DNA of 57,930 nt from Bacillota bacterium (GTDB lineage Bacteria > Bacillota > Desulfotomaculia > Desulfotomaculales > Desulfallaceae): positions 1-57,930 of the forward strand of contig JAKSCU010000104.1 in NCBI GenBank assembly GCA_022360435.1, given 5' to 3'. The first letter of the stretch is position 1; each line of letters begins with the position of its first letter. Shown one piece after another: positions 8,776 to 17,632 of this stretch. A program made the translations under genes and the position numbers. Below the pieces are notes generated by a model, which was not told the DNA's origin, ran no database searches, and saw only the letters and a program-made list of their open reading frames with translations.

Positions 8776-8870
8776 AATTCCGGTCTCCTTTTATATGAGC
8801 TTTACAGTTATTGTTCCTTTTAAATCTAAAAAAATAGGACAAGGAATCGTCCCTTGTCATAACTAGGTAG

Positions 8871-9155
8871 TTATTGTTTTTCCCTTATCTTAAATTCCAA
8901 ACCGCCGGTAAAACGTGAAAGTAGGTTATATAATATTGAAAAAAATATTAACACTACAGAAGCTGATAATCCATAAGCACCCATGAAAAGTGTTGTAGAA
9001 ATTAAGCCTTTTAAAAGTGTTGTTAATCCCATATTTGCTGGCGTAAGAAGAAAACCCATTATGAAACCAATCACCAGGCCTGTAATTACAAAAAGAACAA
9101 CAGTGTTCTTGATTACGGAAATCACATTTATCTGGTGAACAATAATTGTTTTCAA
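8871..9155 (-). CDS. Small integral membrane protein (94 aa, about 3 TM)
   Basis: SD GGAAGGAGG lies 10 nt upstream of a TTG start. Three hydrophobic helices. Confidence 0.5.
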   Translation of the reverse strand: MKTIIVHQINVISVIKNTVVLFVITGLVIGFIMGFLLTPANMGLTTLLKGLISTTLFMGAYGLSASVVLIFFSILYNLLSRFTGGLEFKIREKQ

Positions 9156-9217
9156 TCTAGTCTTACCTCCTTCCTAATATTAACATACTATTATTCTGCA
9201 CCTATTTCAATCAATAT

Positions 9218-9270
9218 AAAAAAAGTATCCGGCCATATTTTGACCGGAATCAAGGGAATAAGTATAGAAA
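9218..9270 (+). repeat. Degenerate partial copy (I) of the structured repeat
   Basis: AAAAAGTAT-CCGGCCATATTTTGACCGG-AATCAAGGGAATAAGTATA matches the inner hairpin plus ATTCAAGGATAAGAGTAT segment of the archetype. The terminal hairpin is missing. Confidence 0.45.
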
Positions 9271-9291
9271 TGCATGTATTGAAGGAACTAA

Positions 9292-10635
9292 CTAAAGCGC
9301 GCATTTTTTGTTGGTTCTGGTCCAAATGTTCATCTTGGCGGCTTCGGCCACCAACTCGTCGTGGAAATCGGGGTGGGCCAATTGGATGAGCGATTCGGCC
9401 CGTTCCCAGGTGGATTTGCATTTCAAGTTGGTGATGCCGTATTCCGTGGCCAGGTACATTACCGTGGAGCGGGTGGTGGTGACGATGGTGCCCGGGTCCA
9501 GGGTGGGCCTGATACGGGAGTGCAATTGCCCGTTTTTATCCTGATAGGTGGAGGGCAGGCAGATAAAAGCCTTGCCTCCCTTGGAAAGATAAGCGCCTTC
9601 CACGAAGTCCACCTGCCCACCGGTGCCGCTGATCTGGCGGCAGCCGAAAGACTCCGCCGCCACCTGGCCGTATAGATCCACCTCCAGGGCGCCGTTAATG
9701 GATATAACTTTGTCGTTTTGGGCTATGATGTGCGGGTAGTTGGTGTAGTCCACCGGATAGGAAGCCGCCGCCGGGTTGTTGTCCAGGAAATCGTACAGCC
9801 GCCGGCTGCCCAGGGCAAAGGTGAACACCATTTTACCCCGGTCGATTGTTTTGCGTTGGCCGGTGATTTTACCGGCTTCCCACATGTCCAGGTAGGCATC
9901 GCAAAGCATTTCGGTATGGGCGCCCAGGTCTTTCAGGTCCGATTGGGCAATGAGCTTGCCCAAAGCGTTGGGCATACCGCCTATGCCCAGTTGAATACAG
10001 GCGCCGTCCTCAATTTCATTCATTATTAGCGCGGCTATTTTCCGGTCGGTTGCCGTGATGGGCATTTCCGGTATGGGAGGAACATTCCAGTCGGCTTCCA
10101 CCACCATGTCCACCTCGGAGATGTGGATGGATTCGTTGTTGCCGCCTTGTACCCGGGGCAGCTTGGGGTTGACTTCCACAATCACACGGTCCGCCATATC
10201 CAGGACGTTGCGGGTGAACGTGTTGGACAGCCCGTAGTTAAAGAAACCATGCTTGTCCATGGGCGCCACGGCTATCATGGCTGCGTTGGACCGGGTAAAT
10301 TGGGCGTAGCTGGGACACTCCCGGAACAAGATGGGTATATAACTGCAGAGTCCGTAGTCATGTATCCGCCGGTCGATAAGCGTAAAGTGACCACTGTTGA
10401 AAATAAAGCTCTCCCGCTTGGGGTCGACCAGCACAACCATTGGGGGGCCGTAAACCCTGGCCGCCGAACGGATGCTGACGTTTTCCAGTTCCCCCTTTCG
10501 GTTGGCCAGGGCTTTGTCCAGCTCAACCACCTGGTTGGCGAAGGTCCCGTAGTCCACCAAGTGGCCCGATTCTATTACTTTTACCGCCTCGCCGGCAGTC
10601 ACCAGTTTGGATTGGTAATCTGTTGCGTGTTGCAT
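9292..10635 (-). CDS. Acetyl-CoA hydrolase/transferase family protein (4-hydroxybutyrate / butyryl-CoA:acetate CoA-transferase-like)
   Basis: 447 aa, with family blocks such as GIGGMPNA and SGTGGQVDFVEGA typical of Cat2/AbfT-type CoA-transferases. Confidence 0.85.
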   Translation of the reverse strand: MQHATDYQSKLVTAGEAVKVIESGHLVDYGTFANQVVELDKALANRKGELENVSIRSAARVYGPPMVVLVDPKRESFIFNSGHFTLIDRRIHDYGLCSYIPILFRECPSYAQFTRSNAAMIAVAPMDKHGFFNYGLSNTFTRNVLDMADRVIVEVNPKLPRVQGGNNESIHISEVDMVVEADWNVPPIPEMPITATDRKIAALIMNEIEDGACIQLGIGGMPNALGKLIAQSDLKDLGAHTEMLCDAYLDMWEAGKITGQRKTIDRGKMVFTFALGSRRLYDFLDNNPAAASYPVDYTNYPHIIAQNDKVISINGALEVDLYGQVAAESFGCRQISGTGGQVDFVEGAYLSKGGKAFICLPSTYQDKNGQLHSRIRPTLDPGTIVTTTRSTVMYLATEYGITNLKCKSTWERAESLIQLAHPDFHDELVAEAAKMNIWTRTNKKCAL

Positions 10636-10717
10636 TTTTCTCCCCCCGACAAAGGTATATTTTTAGACTAATGCTTAAATTATTATTTTTTTGATTATTA
10701 ATTTAATTTAAAAAAAA

Positions 10718-10732
10718 GCAATAACTGTACCA
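10718..10732 (-). promoter_or_regulatory. Sigma54 (-24/-12) promoter candidate for the CoA-transferase gene
   Basis: The minus strand reads TGGTACAGTTATTGC, i.e. GG and GC at the spacing of the TGGCAC-N5-TTGC consensus. It lies about 80 nt upstream of the ATG at 10635, and a sigma54 activator gene lies 1.5 kb away. Confidence 0.55.
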
Positions 10733-11070
10733 GAGACTAGGAGCGGTTAAATAGCCGGTTTGACGGGTGGAGGACAGAGTGTGGGGTTTGTGACTAAGTG
10801 GCCGGTGTCCCGTCGGCGCGACACAGAAGAATGGAAGCATTGATTTTTGAAGGAGTGGCAGGTTTGTCTCGCCTGTATGCAAAAAGCGACACAAAAAGAT
10901 ATGTTTTTCAATGTTGGTCTTTACAAAAGAGGAAAATTTTTATCTTTTATAGAATGAATATTATATGTGCTAAAAAATTTCCCATGACTCCGTTATCTTC
11001 AGATTACGCTCGGTGCGGGAGAGTACCACCGGCTGGGTATAATTTCTTGTGGACAGGCAGGTGAAAAATC

Positions 11071-12132
11071 TTGAATTTACGCTGCGAGATTGATAATTTG
11101 GAGCCGGAGATGGTTGTGAACGAAGATATATACGATGGTGACAATGTTTTAATGTTGGCCCGTGGAACAGTACTAACCAGGGAAAATATTGAGTCAATAA
11201 AAAAGCTGGGCGTGCGCGAGTTGGATATTTACCGGCGGCTGCAATTTAAACAGCCGGTGCTGGCCTACCACCTGGATCAAACCAGGGTCAGGGACTTTAA
11301 GCATCAATACGCCCGGTCGCGGAATGAGTTTAAAGGCTTAATCAAGTATATAAGTTCCGGCAACCAAGTCAATGTGGACCAGGCATACAGGATTCCCGGC
11401 GCGCTGCTGTCCAGCGTGGGTTCGACCAACAATCTTTTTGCTTATCTTAATCACGTTGACGGGCTGGATGATCATACCTTGGGACACAGCATCAATGTGG
11501 CGCTAATATGCGCCGTCATCGGCAACTGGTTCAACTTGAATAAAGATGACACCAAAAAAATCGTGGTGGCGGGTTTGTTGCACGATGTGGGCAAAAGCTT
11601 GCTTCCACCCATGCTCCTGAACAAAGCGGGTCTGTTCACACCGGAAGAGTGGGTGCAGGTAAAGAAACACCCCATTCATGGTTATCGTATTTTGCACCGG
11701 GTCCGTATACCCAAACCCATGCTGGTGGGAGCGCTCATGCATCACGAACGGGAGGACGGTAGCGGATACCCTTTCGGTGTCAGTCAGGGCAAGATACCCA
11801 TGTCCGCCCGGTTTGTGGCTTTGGCCGACATTTACGATGCCATGACCTCCAACCGGTGTTACCGGAACAGTATGAGCCCCTTCAAGGTTATCAGACTGCT
11901 GTTGAACAATTATTATGGAGTGCTGCACACCGGTATCCTAATGACTTTCCTGAGCCGCATCGCCGAGTGTTATGTCGGCGAAATGGTGCGCCTCACCGAC
12001 GGCAGAGTGGGTAAGGTGGTATTTATCAACTCAGGTAATCCGGCCCGGCCTGTGGTACAGTTGACCGACGGTTTCATCAACTTGGAGGAAACCACAAGCC
12101 TGGACATTGACAGCTTGCTGACAGTGGGATAA
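11071..12132 (+). CDS. HD-GYP domain protein (putative c-di-GMP phosphodiesterase)
   Basis: HDVGK ... HHEREDGSGYPFG motifs. TTG start with AGGTGA 6 nt upstream. Confidence 0.85.
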   Translation: MNLRCEIDNLEPEMVVNEDIYDGDNVLMLARGTVLTRENIESIKKLGVRELDIYRRLQFKQPVLAYHLDQTRVRDFKHQYARSRNEFKGLIKYISSGNQVNVDQAYRIPGALLSSVGSTNNLFAYLNHVDGLDDHTLGHSINVALICAVIGNWFNLNKDDTKKIVVAGLLHDVGKSLLPPMLLNKAGLFTPEEWVQVKKHPIHGYRILHRVRIPKPMLVGALMHHEREDGSGYPFGVSQGKIPMSARFVALADIYDAMTSNRCYRNSMSPFKVIRLLLNNYYGVLHTGILMTFLSRIAECYVGEMVRLTDGRVGKVVFINSGNPARPVVQLTDGFINLEETTSLDIDSLLTVG

Positions 12133-12148
12133 CATTCCCTCCGGGATG

Positions 12149-13555
12149 CTACCGCATCCTGTCCAGTTTCCTGTACAGCACCGAACGGTGGATACCCAAT
12201 AACCGGGCGGTCTCTTTTTTATTGTGGCCCGTGGCGGCCAGCGCGTGCAATATGGCTCCTTTTTCCGCCTCTTCAATCACTTCCTGCAGCGACCGGATGG
12301 AATAACGGTCCGGTGGCAGGCATTTAAGTTGCCTTTGCAGCCGCTTTTTCAGCACCGGAAAATCGTGCTGGCGCAGTGTTTCTCCTTCGCCCAGGTTTGC
12401 TGCCTGCTCAAGGAAGTTTTCCAGCTCACGCACATTGCCGGGCCAGTCGTACTGTAAGAATAATTGCATAACTTCGCCGGAAACACCCGTGACTGCAGCC
12501 CCCAGGCGGCGGTTAAGCTTGTTGAGCAAATGCCTGGTCAGGTCCGGGATGTCTTCCTTGCGTTCCCGCAGTGGCGGCACTTGCAGCAATACCACGTTAA
12601 GCCGGTAATAAAGGTCGTCCCGAAACTGCCTGGCCAGGATCATCTCCTCCAGGTTTCGATTGGTGGCGGCGATTACACGCACGTCCACCGATACCGGCGG
12701 TCCGGTGCCGCCCACCCGCTCAATCTCCTTCTCCTGCAGAACCCGCAGTAGTTTGGCCTGCATGGGTCCGTTCATGTCCCCGATTTCATCCAGGAAGATG
12801 GTGCCCCCCTGGGCAATTTCGAACTTGCCCACCTTGCCGCCCCGTTTGGCGCCGGTAAAAGCTCCTTCCTCGTAGCCAAATAGTTCCGATTCCAATAGAT
12901 CCGTGGGAATGGAGGTGCAATTCACCCGCACGAAGGCGCGTTCCCGCCGCGGGCTGGCGTTATGAATGGCGTGGGCGAAAAGCTCCTTGCCCGTGCCGCT
13001 TTCGCCGGTAATCAGTACGGTTGACGAAGTCCGGGCCACTTTGCCGACTTTTTGCTTTAGCCTGATTATTTGCCCGCTTTGACCGGTGATGTTGGTGGCG
13101 TTGTACTTGGCCCTTCGCTCCTGGTCCAGCTCGGCCCGGTAACCGGCCAGTTTGCTTTCCAGTTGTTTAATCTTCCGGGCGAAATCCCGGGCCATGGTCA
13201 TCTCGTCTCTGAACATACTCCTTCCCAGCACCCCGATAATCTTACCGTCTTTTTCGATGGGCAGCCTGGTTACCGCCACCTGGCGACCATTGATGTTCCA
13301 AATGTCACCGTATTGCGGCCGGCCGCTTTCCAGCACCTCGGGCAGTCGCGTCTGGGGTACGGCTTCCCTGACGGGGCGGCTGAGGAACTCTTCGGGGCTA
13401 CCTCCCAGGAACTCGGCGTAACCACGGCTGATGAAGCGGATAATGCCGCCGGCGTCCACAATGATAACCCCTTCATAAGGGTTGTCCAGGACAGCCGCCA
13501 GGAATTCGTTACTGATTAAAGGATTGGTGGTTTTCCCGTTATTCATATCACTCAC
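12149..13555 (-). CDS. Sigma54-dependent transcriptional activator with N-terminal PAS domain
   Basis: PAS domain, AAA+ module with GESGTGKE Walker A and the GAFTGA loop, and a C-terminal Fis-type HTH (TARLLGIHRSVLYRKL). Confidence 0.9.
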   Translation of the reverse strand: MSDMNNGKTTNPLISNEFLAAVLDNPYEGVIIVDAGGIIRFISRGYAEFLGGSPEEFLSRPVREAVPQTRLPEVLESGRPQYGDIWNINGRQVAVTRLPIEKDGKIIGVLGRSMFRDEMTMARDFARKIKQLESKLAGYRAELDQERRAKYNATNITGQSGQIIRLKQKVGKVARTSSTVLITGESGTGKELFAHAIHNASPRRERAFVRVNCTSIPTDLLESELFGYEEGAFTGAKRGGKVGKFEIAQGGTIFLDEIGDMNGPMQAKLLRVLQEKEIERVGGTGPPVSVDVRVIAATNRNLEEMILARQFRDDLYYRLNVVLLQVPPLRERKEDIPDLTRHLLNKLNRRLGAAVTGVSGEVMQLFLQYDWPGNVRELENFLEQAANLGEGETLRQHDFPVLKKRLQRQLKCLPPDRYSIRSLQEVIEEAEKGAILHALAATGHNKKETARLLGIHRSVLYRKLDRMR

Positions 13556-13602
13556 CTGCTATACATAGAGTTGATTAAATCCGATAAACCGGCACCGCGA
13601 CT

Positions 13603-14520
13603 TTACCCGCGCTTTTGCAGCATAACGCCGGCGATGATCAACACACCACCCAGCAATTGGCGTCCGCTGAGAGTTTCCTGCAGCAGCCACATGCCTAGCA
13701 GCGCGGTGGAGACCGGTTCAAAGGTGCTGATGATGGCGGCCCGGGAGGCGCCGATTCGCTTGACGCCCTGGAACAGGGTTATGACTGAAAGCACGGTGCA
13801 TACCAGCGCCAGAAAAATAATGGCTTGCCAAGCACCGGCGCTGAGAGCCAGGTCGATTTTATCCCCGCCCAGGCCTAAAAGCAGGAAAAATACCGCCGTT
13901 AACCCGGTAATGTAAGCTGAAAACACCACCACGGGGATGTCTGAGATTAAGCGCGTACAACACACCAGGTACACGGCGTTAATCACGGCGGCTGCAAGGG
14001 CGAAAAATACACCCCGCATGTCCAGTCCCGCCACCGGCTGGCTGAGAATAATAACGCAACCGGCCATGGTACAGAGCAGGGCCAGCAGCTTGCGCCAGGT
14101 TACCGGTTCCTTTAAGTAAAAGTACGCCAGTATAGTCACCACCGAGGGATAAACATACAGCAGCAGGATAGCCATGGCGGCCGGGATGAAATGGAACGCG
14201 TAAAAAAGAAATAGTACCGTCAGGGAGTGCCCGCCCAACGAAAGCGCGGTTACCGGGGCCCATTGTCGCCGGTCCAATCTCCAGGGATATCGGCAAAGGA
14301 TTGTCACGGCCCAAATGACCACTGCCGCGATGAGATAGCGCATCGAGAGGGTGGTGATAACGTTGGCCCCTTCCCGGTAGGCGATTTTAGCCGCGATGGC
14401 TTCGGTGCTAAGGCTGATGGTGGCCACCAGAATCAGCAGTATGCCCGTGGTATCCGGGCTAATGCTTGGTAATGGACGTTTGTTTTCTTTTGCCTGCCGC
14501 ATGACATCACCGACATTCAT
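13603..14520 (-). CDS. DMT-superfamily (EamA) transporter
   Basis: 305 aa, about 10 TM helices, two EamA-like halves. Confidence 0.8.
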   Translation of the reverse strand: MNVGDVMRQAKENKRPLPSISPDTTGILLILVATISLSTEAIAAKIAYREGANVITTLSMRYLIAAVVIWAVTILCRYPWRLDRRQWAPVTALSLGGHSLTVLFLFYAFHFIPAAMAILLLYVYPSVVTILAYFYLKEPVTWRKLLALLCTMAGCVIILSQPVAGLDMRGVFFALAAAVINAVYLVCCTRLISDIPVVVFSAYITGLTAVFFLLLGLGGDKIDLALSAGAWQAIIFLALVCTVLSVITLFQGVKRIGASRAAIISTFEPVSTALLGMWLLQETLSGRQLLGGVLIIAGVMLQKRG

Positions 14521-14634
14521 TATATCACCGGACAGATGATTATTGTACTAATATGTGCCGGACAACATAACCGTTAGCTATGTGAGTTAGATTATGGTAA
14601 AATAAAGATGCCGCTATAAGCGGCACCGAATAAC

Positions 14635-15027
14635 ATGGTCAAGGAGGTTATGGTTAGCGTGAAAAGCTACTCTTCCGAGCAGAACCAGATGGGCAGCATC
14701 AAGTATAATGATGACGTAATCAAGACCATTGTGGGCATGGCCTTGAACGAAGTGGAAGGTGTCGCCGGTATCGATGGAAAGGGTGCCGGGGGTATTCTGG
14801 GACGGAAACATTTTTCTCACATTAATAAAATTACCGTGGATGAAAACAGGGTGGTTATCGAACTGTCCCTGGTGGTTAACTACGGGCTGGACCTGCGGGA
14901 AAAAGCCCGGGAGGTTCAGCAAAGGGTCAAGGACAGTCTGACCGGCATGACCGATCTGCAAATCGGCGCCGTAAATATTACGGTAATCGGTCTGGAATTT
15001 CCGGATAAATCAACGGCTAAGGAATAA
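14635..15027 (+). CDS. Asp23/Gls24 family envelope-stress protein
   Basis: IKYNDDVIKTIVGMALNEVEGVAGI and LVVNYG...REKAREVQQRVKDSL are typical Asp23 blocks. The start is ambiguous (ATG 14635, ATG 14650 or GTG 14659; SD AAGGAGG at 14641-14647). Confidence 0.8.
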   Translation: MVKEVMVSVKSYSSEQNQMGSIKYNDDVIKTIVGMALNEVEGVAGIDGKGAGGILGRKHFSHINKITVDENRVVIELSLVVNYGLDLREKAREVQQRVKDSLTGMTDLQIGAVNITVIGLEFPDKSTAKE

Positions 15028-15029
15028 GA

Positions 15030-16079
15030 TCAGGGCATAACCACAATGCTGGTGGTCACGGGCCGTTCACGACCGTCCGACGGTCGGTTCAAAACCTTGC
15101 CGTCGTAAACGAAAGAGCTGGAGCCGCCTCCATCCAGGTTGTAGGCCTCAATAACCCCCAGGTCGATTAACCTGATCTGCATATCTTCCAGGGTGACGCC
15201 GCTGCTCCAATCGGACTGGCGCCCGTCCACCACGATCATGATCAAATCGTCGTTGCCGTACTCGCCGATTACGGTGCGGGGCTGCCGCTGGTGTTTCCAT
15301 TTCTCAGGGATGGGCAGGGGCTTGCGATTTTTTATCAGCGCCGGTACGAAACTTACTCCGGCCACCGGCTTGTGCTTAAACAGTTCGGTTTCGTTGAAGA
15401 ACTTGCCTCCCAGCAATTCGCCGTCACCGTCCACGCCGGCAAAGAACAGGTCTTTATGCGAGGGTTGGAATTCGCCGATTATTTTGCCGTCCACAATGGT
15501 GTTGCCAATGGGCAGCGTATATGGGCGGCCGTCCTGGACCACATTGTAAAACCCGCCGCCGTTGGTGCCGAACAACGCCCCAGTACGCTTTACGGCGGCG
15601 CTGGTAATTTCTTTTTCGCCCAATTTATCCTTGCCCAGCACCACCTTGAAGGCGGTGGGGTCAAACAGCTTGATTTTGGCGATGTAACCCCGGTAGCCAA
15701 TTCCTTGCAAGGCAAAGACATGGATTTCCACCCGTCCGGACCGGTGTTTGGCAATGGGATTACCCAGCCGGTCCAGGATTAACTGATCGTAAGCCGCGTC
15801 GGACATTTGCCTTTGGGTGCCGCTTTTTTCAGCCAGTTCCTTTAATATACGGTCCTGTTCTTCGTAAAGGCGCTGTTGCTGGGCCGCGGTTTCTCCAATA
15901 AAGCCGATACTGTTTTGAATGTCATGGGCTTTGTCCTGCACCGCCATCACGGCGGGCTCCAGTTTTCCCAGGGGTACCGGCAGCATATGCCCCTTTTCGT
16001 AAAGCGCGTGATAGGCTCCGGCCAGCAGCCCGGCGAAGGGAGCAAAAAAAAAAAAAAAAAATATATTAATAATCCGCAT
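15030..16079 (-). CDS. Phosphodiester glycosidase family protein (DUF2233-like), membrane-anchored
   Basis: GTNGGGFYNV and NLDGGGSS blocks. The N-terminal anchor contains FFFFFF encoded by an 18-nt homopolymer. Its start overlaps the stop of the upstream gene. Confidence 0.75.
   Translation of the reverse strand: MRIINIFFFFFFAPFAGLLAGAYHALYEKGHMLPVPLGKLEPAVMAVQDKAHDIQNSIGFIGETAAQQQRLYEEQDRILKELAEKSGTQRQMSDAAYDQLILDRLGNPIAKHRSGRVEIHVFALQGIGYRGYIAKIKLFDPTAFKVVLGKDKLGEKEITSAAVKRTGALFGTNGGGFYNVVQDGRPYTLPIGNTIVDGKIIGEFQPSHKDLFFAGVDGDGELLGGKFFNETELFKHKPVAGVSFVPALIKNRKPLPIPEKWKHQRQPRTVIGEYGNDDLIMIVVDGRQSDWSSGVTLEDMQIRLIDLGVIEAYNLDGGGSSSFVYDGKVLNRPSDGRERPVTTSIVVMP
16044..16061. repeat. A18/T18 homopolymer inside the 5' end of the glycosidase CDS
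   Basis: Direct count of 18 consecutive A on the plus strand (T18 on the coding strand, codons 7-12 = Phe x6). Confidence 0.95.
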
Positions 16080-16464
16080 TGCCCGACTCCATTAATATGT
16101 TTAAGCTTTTCTCCAGTTGGTTGAGCTGCTTGTCCAGTTCGGTAATGCGTTGGTTTACCGCCTCGCTGGCCGAACCCGTATGGGACAGTGTCTTGTCCGT
16201 TTGGGCCAGGGCTTCCTCAATGGCGTTCATCTCGATTTGCAGAGTTTCGATTTTTTCTTCCAGCATTTGCACGTTCAGGGCGTTGGTCTCCTGAATCTCC
16301 CGGGCCGTTTGTTCCACGTACTGTTTGGCGTACCAGTAACCCGCGAAGGTAAGCCCCCCCCAGGCCAGCAGCAGGAAAACAAAGCCCAGTACGCGCGGGA
16401 CGTTGCTCGGCCTGCGTTTTGCAGTTCGGGTTTTTCTTTCTCTGCTCTCGTGCATTTCTTCCAT
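16066..16464 (-). CDS. Membrane-anchored coiled-coil protein (132 aa), first gene of a two-gene operon
   Basis: Basic N-terminus, one TM (VLGFVFLLLAWGGLTFAGYWYA), then a heptad-like coiled coil. It overlaps the downstream start by 14 nt. Confidence 0.55.
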   Translation of the reverse strand: MEEMHESRERKTRTAKRRPSNVPRVLGFVFLLLAWGGLTFAGYWYAKQYVEQTAREIQETNALNVQMLEEKIETLQIEMNAIEEALAQTDKTLSHTGSASEAVNQRITELDKQLNQLEKSLNILMESGNADY

Positions 16465-16519
16465 TTTGTCACCCCGTTGTTGTTTTCAATACAATCGGAC
16501 AGTTTTTGGTTTTTAATTT

Positions 16520-16612
16520 GAAAAGTATTACCAGGCCATGTTTATGGTACGGAATCAATTAAAAAAGTATTAAAAAAACGCGCGGAGGGAACCAAATGAG
16601 CGCGTTTTTTTT
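16520..16612 (+). repeat. Structured intergenic repeat, copy D (degenerate 5' half)
   Basis: CCAGGCCATGTTTATGGTACGG hairpin, AAAAGTATTAAAAAAA, stem CGCGC/GCGCG around loop GGAGGGAACCAAATGA, T8. Confidence 0.7.
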
Positions 16613-16699
16613 GTCGTTCCTGTAAATTATTTCACCATAAATAAGAGCATGTCCTGCCAATACTTGAAAAAATTATGCGCTTACTGTTAATAAGCGTAA

Positions 16700-16804
16700 T
16701 TTTTTTATACTTTAGAAAAGTATATCTTGCCATATATATCAAGGGCATAAAGGAAAAAAGTATTAAAAAGCGCACGCAGCGGGAACCGATGAGTTGCTTT
16801 TTTC
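16700..16804 (+). repeat. Structured intergenic repeat, copy E (subfamily 2)
   Basis: TTTTTTTATACTTT...CTTGCCATATATATCAAGGG...AAAAGTATTAAAAAGCGCAC-GCAGCGGGAACCGATGA-GTTGC-TTTTTT. Confidence 0.8.
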
Positions 16805-16812
16805 ATTATCCC

Positions 16813-16861
16813 TTGACCACATGGTCAATAAGTAGTATATTGATATTGACCAGGTGGTCAA
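16813..16861 (+). promoter_or_regulatory. Two copies of a perfect 7-2-7 palindrome (candidate TetR operators)
   Basis: TTGACCA-CA-TGGTCAA (16813-16828) and TTGACCA-GG-TGGTCAA (16846-16861), centres 33 bp apart, directly upstream of or overlapping the start region of the TetR gene. Confidence 0.55.
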
Positions 16862-16877
16862 AAGGCGGTGGTTTATA

Positions 16878-17510
16878 TTGAAAAAGAGAAAGTCCCGGGT
16901 TTTGACTGAAGAAAAAAAGGAGCAGATATTTCAGGTTGCCCTTAAAGAGTTTGCTGAAAAGGGTTATGAGCAGGCTTCGACAAATACCATCTGCAAAGAG
17001 GCCGGCGTAGCCAAAGGATTGCTTTTCCATTACTACGGGAGTAAAGGGGGGCTGTATTTAAGCTTACTGGATAAGGGAGTGGACAAATTTATGCAGATCT
17101 ATGACAAAATGCTGCCTCAACTGGCTCCTGATATTCTGAAACGTATAGAGCAGATATTGGAGTTAAAGATACGATTTTATTCAGAAGATTCTCTGTTTAG
17201 CAGTCTTTTAGTTAATGCTTTTATTGATATCCCGACAGAGCTTGAGGGTGAGATTAGAAACAAGCTGAACAGGATGTACGAGAAATATCTGCCCCGTCTT
17301 TATGAACATCTTGATTATGAGGTGTTTCGGGATGGTATTGACCCTCAGAAGGCTATTGAGTTTGTTGGCCTGATCACAGATGCTCTGAGCGAAAAGTATA
17401 TAAAAGCTTACAAGAGCACCGGAGACAAAAAATACCTCAACCTGGAAAGTATAAAAGTCGAGATGGAAATATATCTGGATATGCTCCGCAAGGGTATCTA
17501 CAAAGGTTAA
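16878..17510 (+). CDS. TetR/AcrR family transcriptional regulator
   Basis: N-terminal HTH (EKGYEQASTNTICKEAGVAKGLLFHYYGSK). The ORF is open from 16854, but that codon lies inside the second operator palindrome, so TTG 16878 is preferred. Confidence 0.85.
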   Translation: MKKRKSRVLTEEKKEQIFQVALKEFAEKGYEQASTNTICKEAGVAKGLLFHYYGSKGGLYLSLLDKGVDKFMQIYDKMLPQLAPDILKRIEQILELKIRFYSEDSLFSSLLVNAFIDIPTELEGEIRNKLNRMYEKYLPRLYEHLDYEVFRDGIDPQKAIEFVGLITDALSEKYIKAYKSTGDKKYLNLESIKVEMEIYLDMLRKGIYKG

Positions 17511-17632
17511 GCCACTTGCGGAAAACAAGAGATCGTTCCTGGTAAGATCAAGACCAGCCATGAAAAGTTAAGTTAATTCTTTAGGGAATACTAGCCGACA
17601 AGGTTGGTTGATTTTAAAAGGAGGTAATAAGT

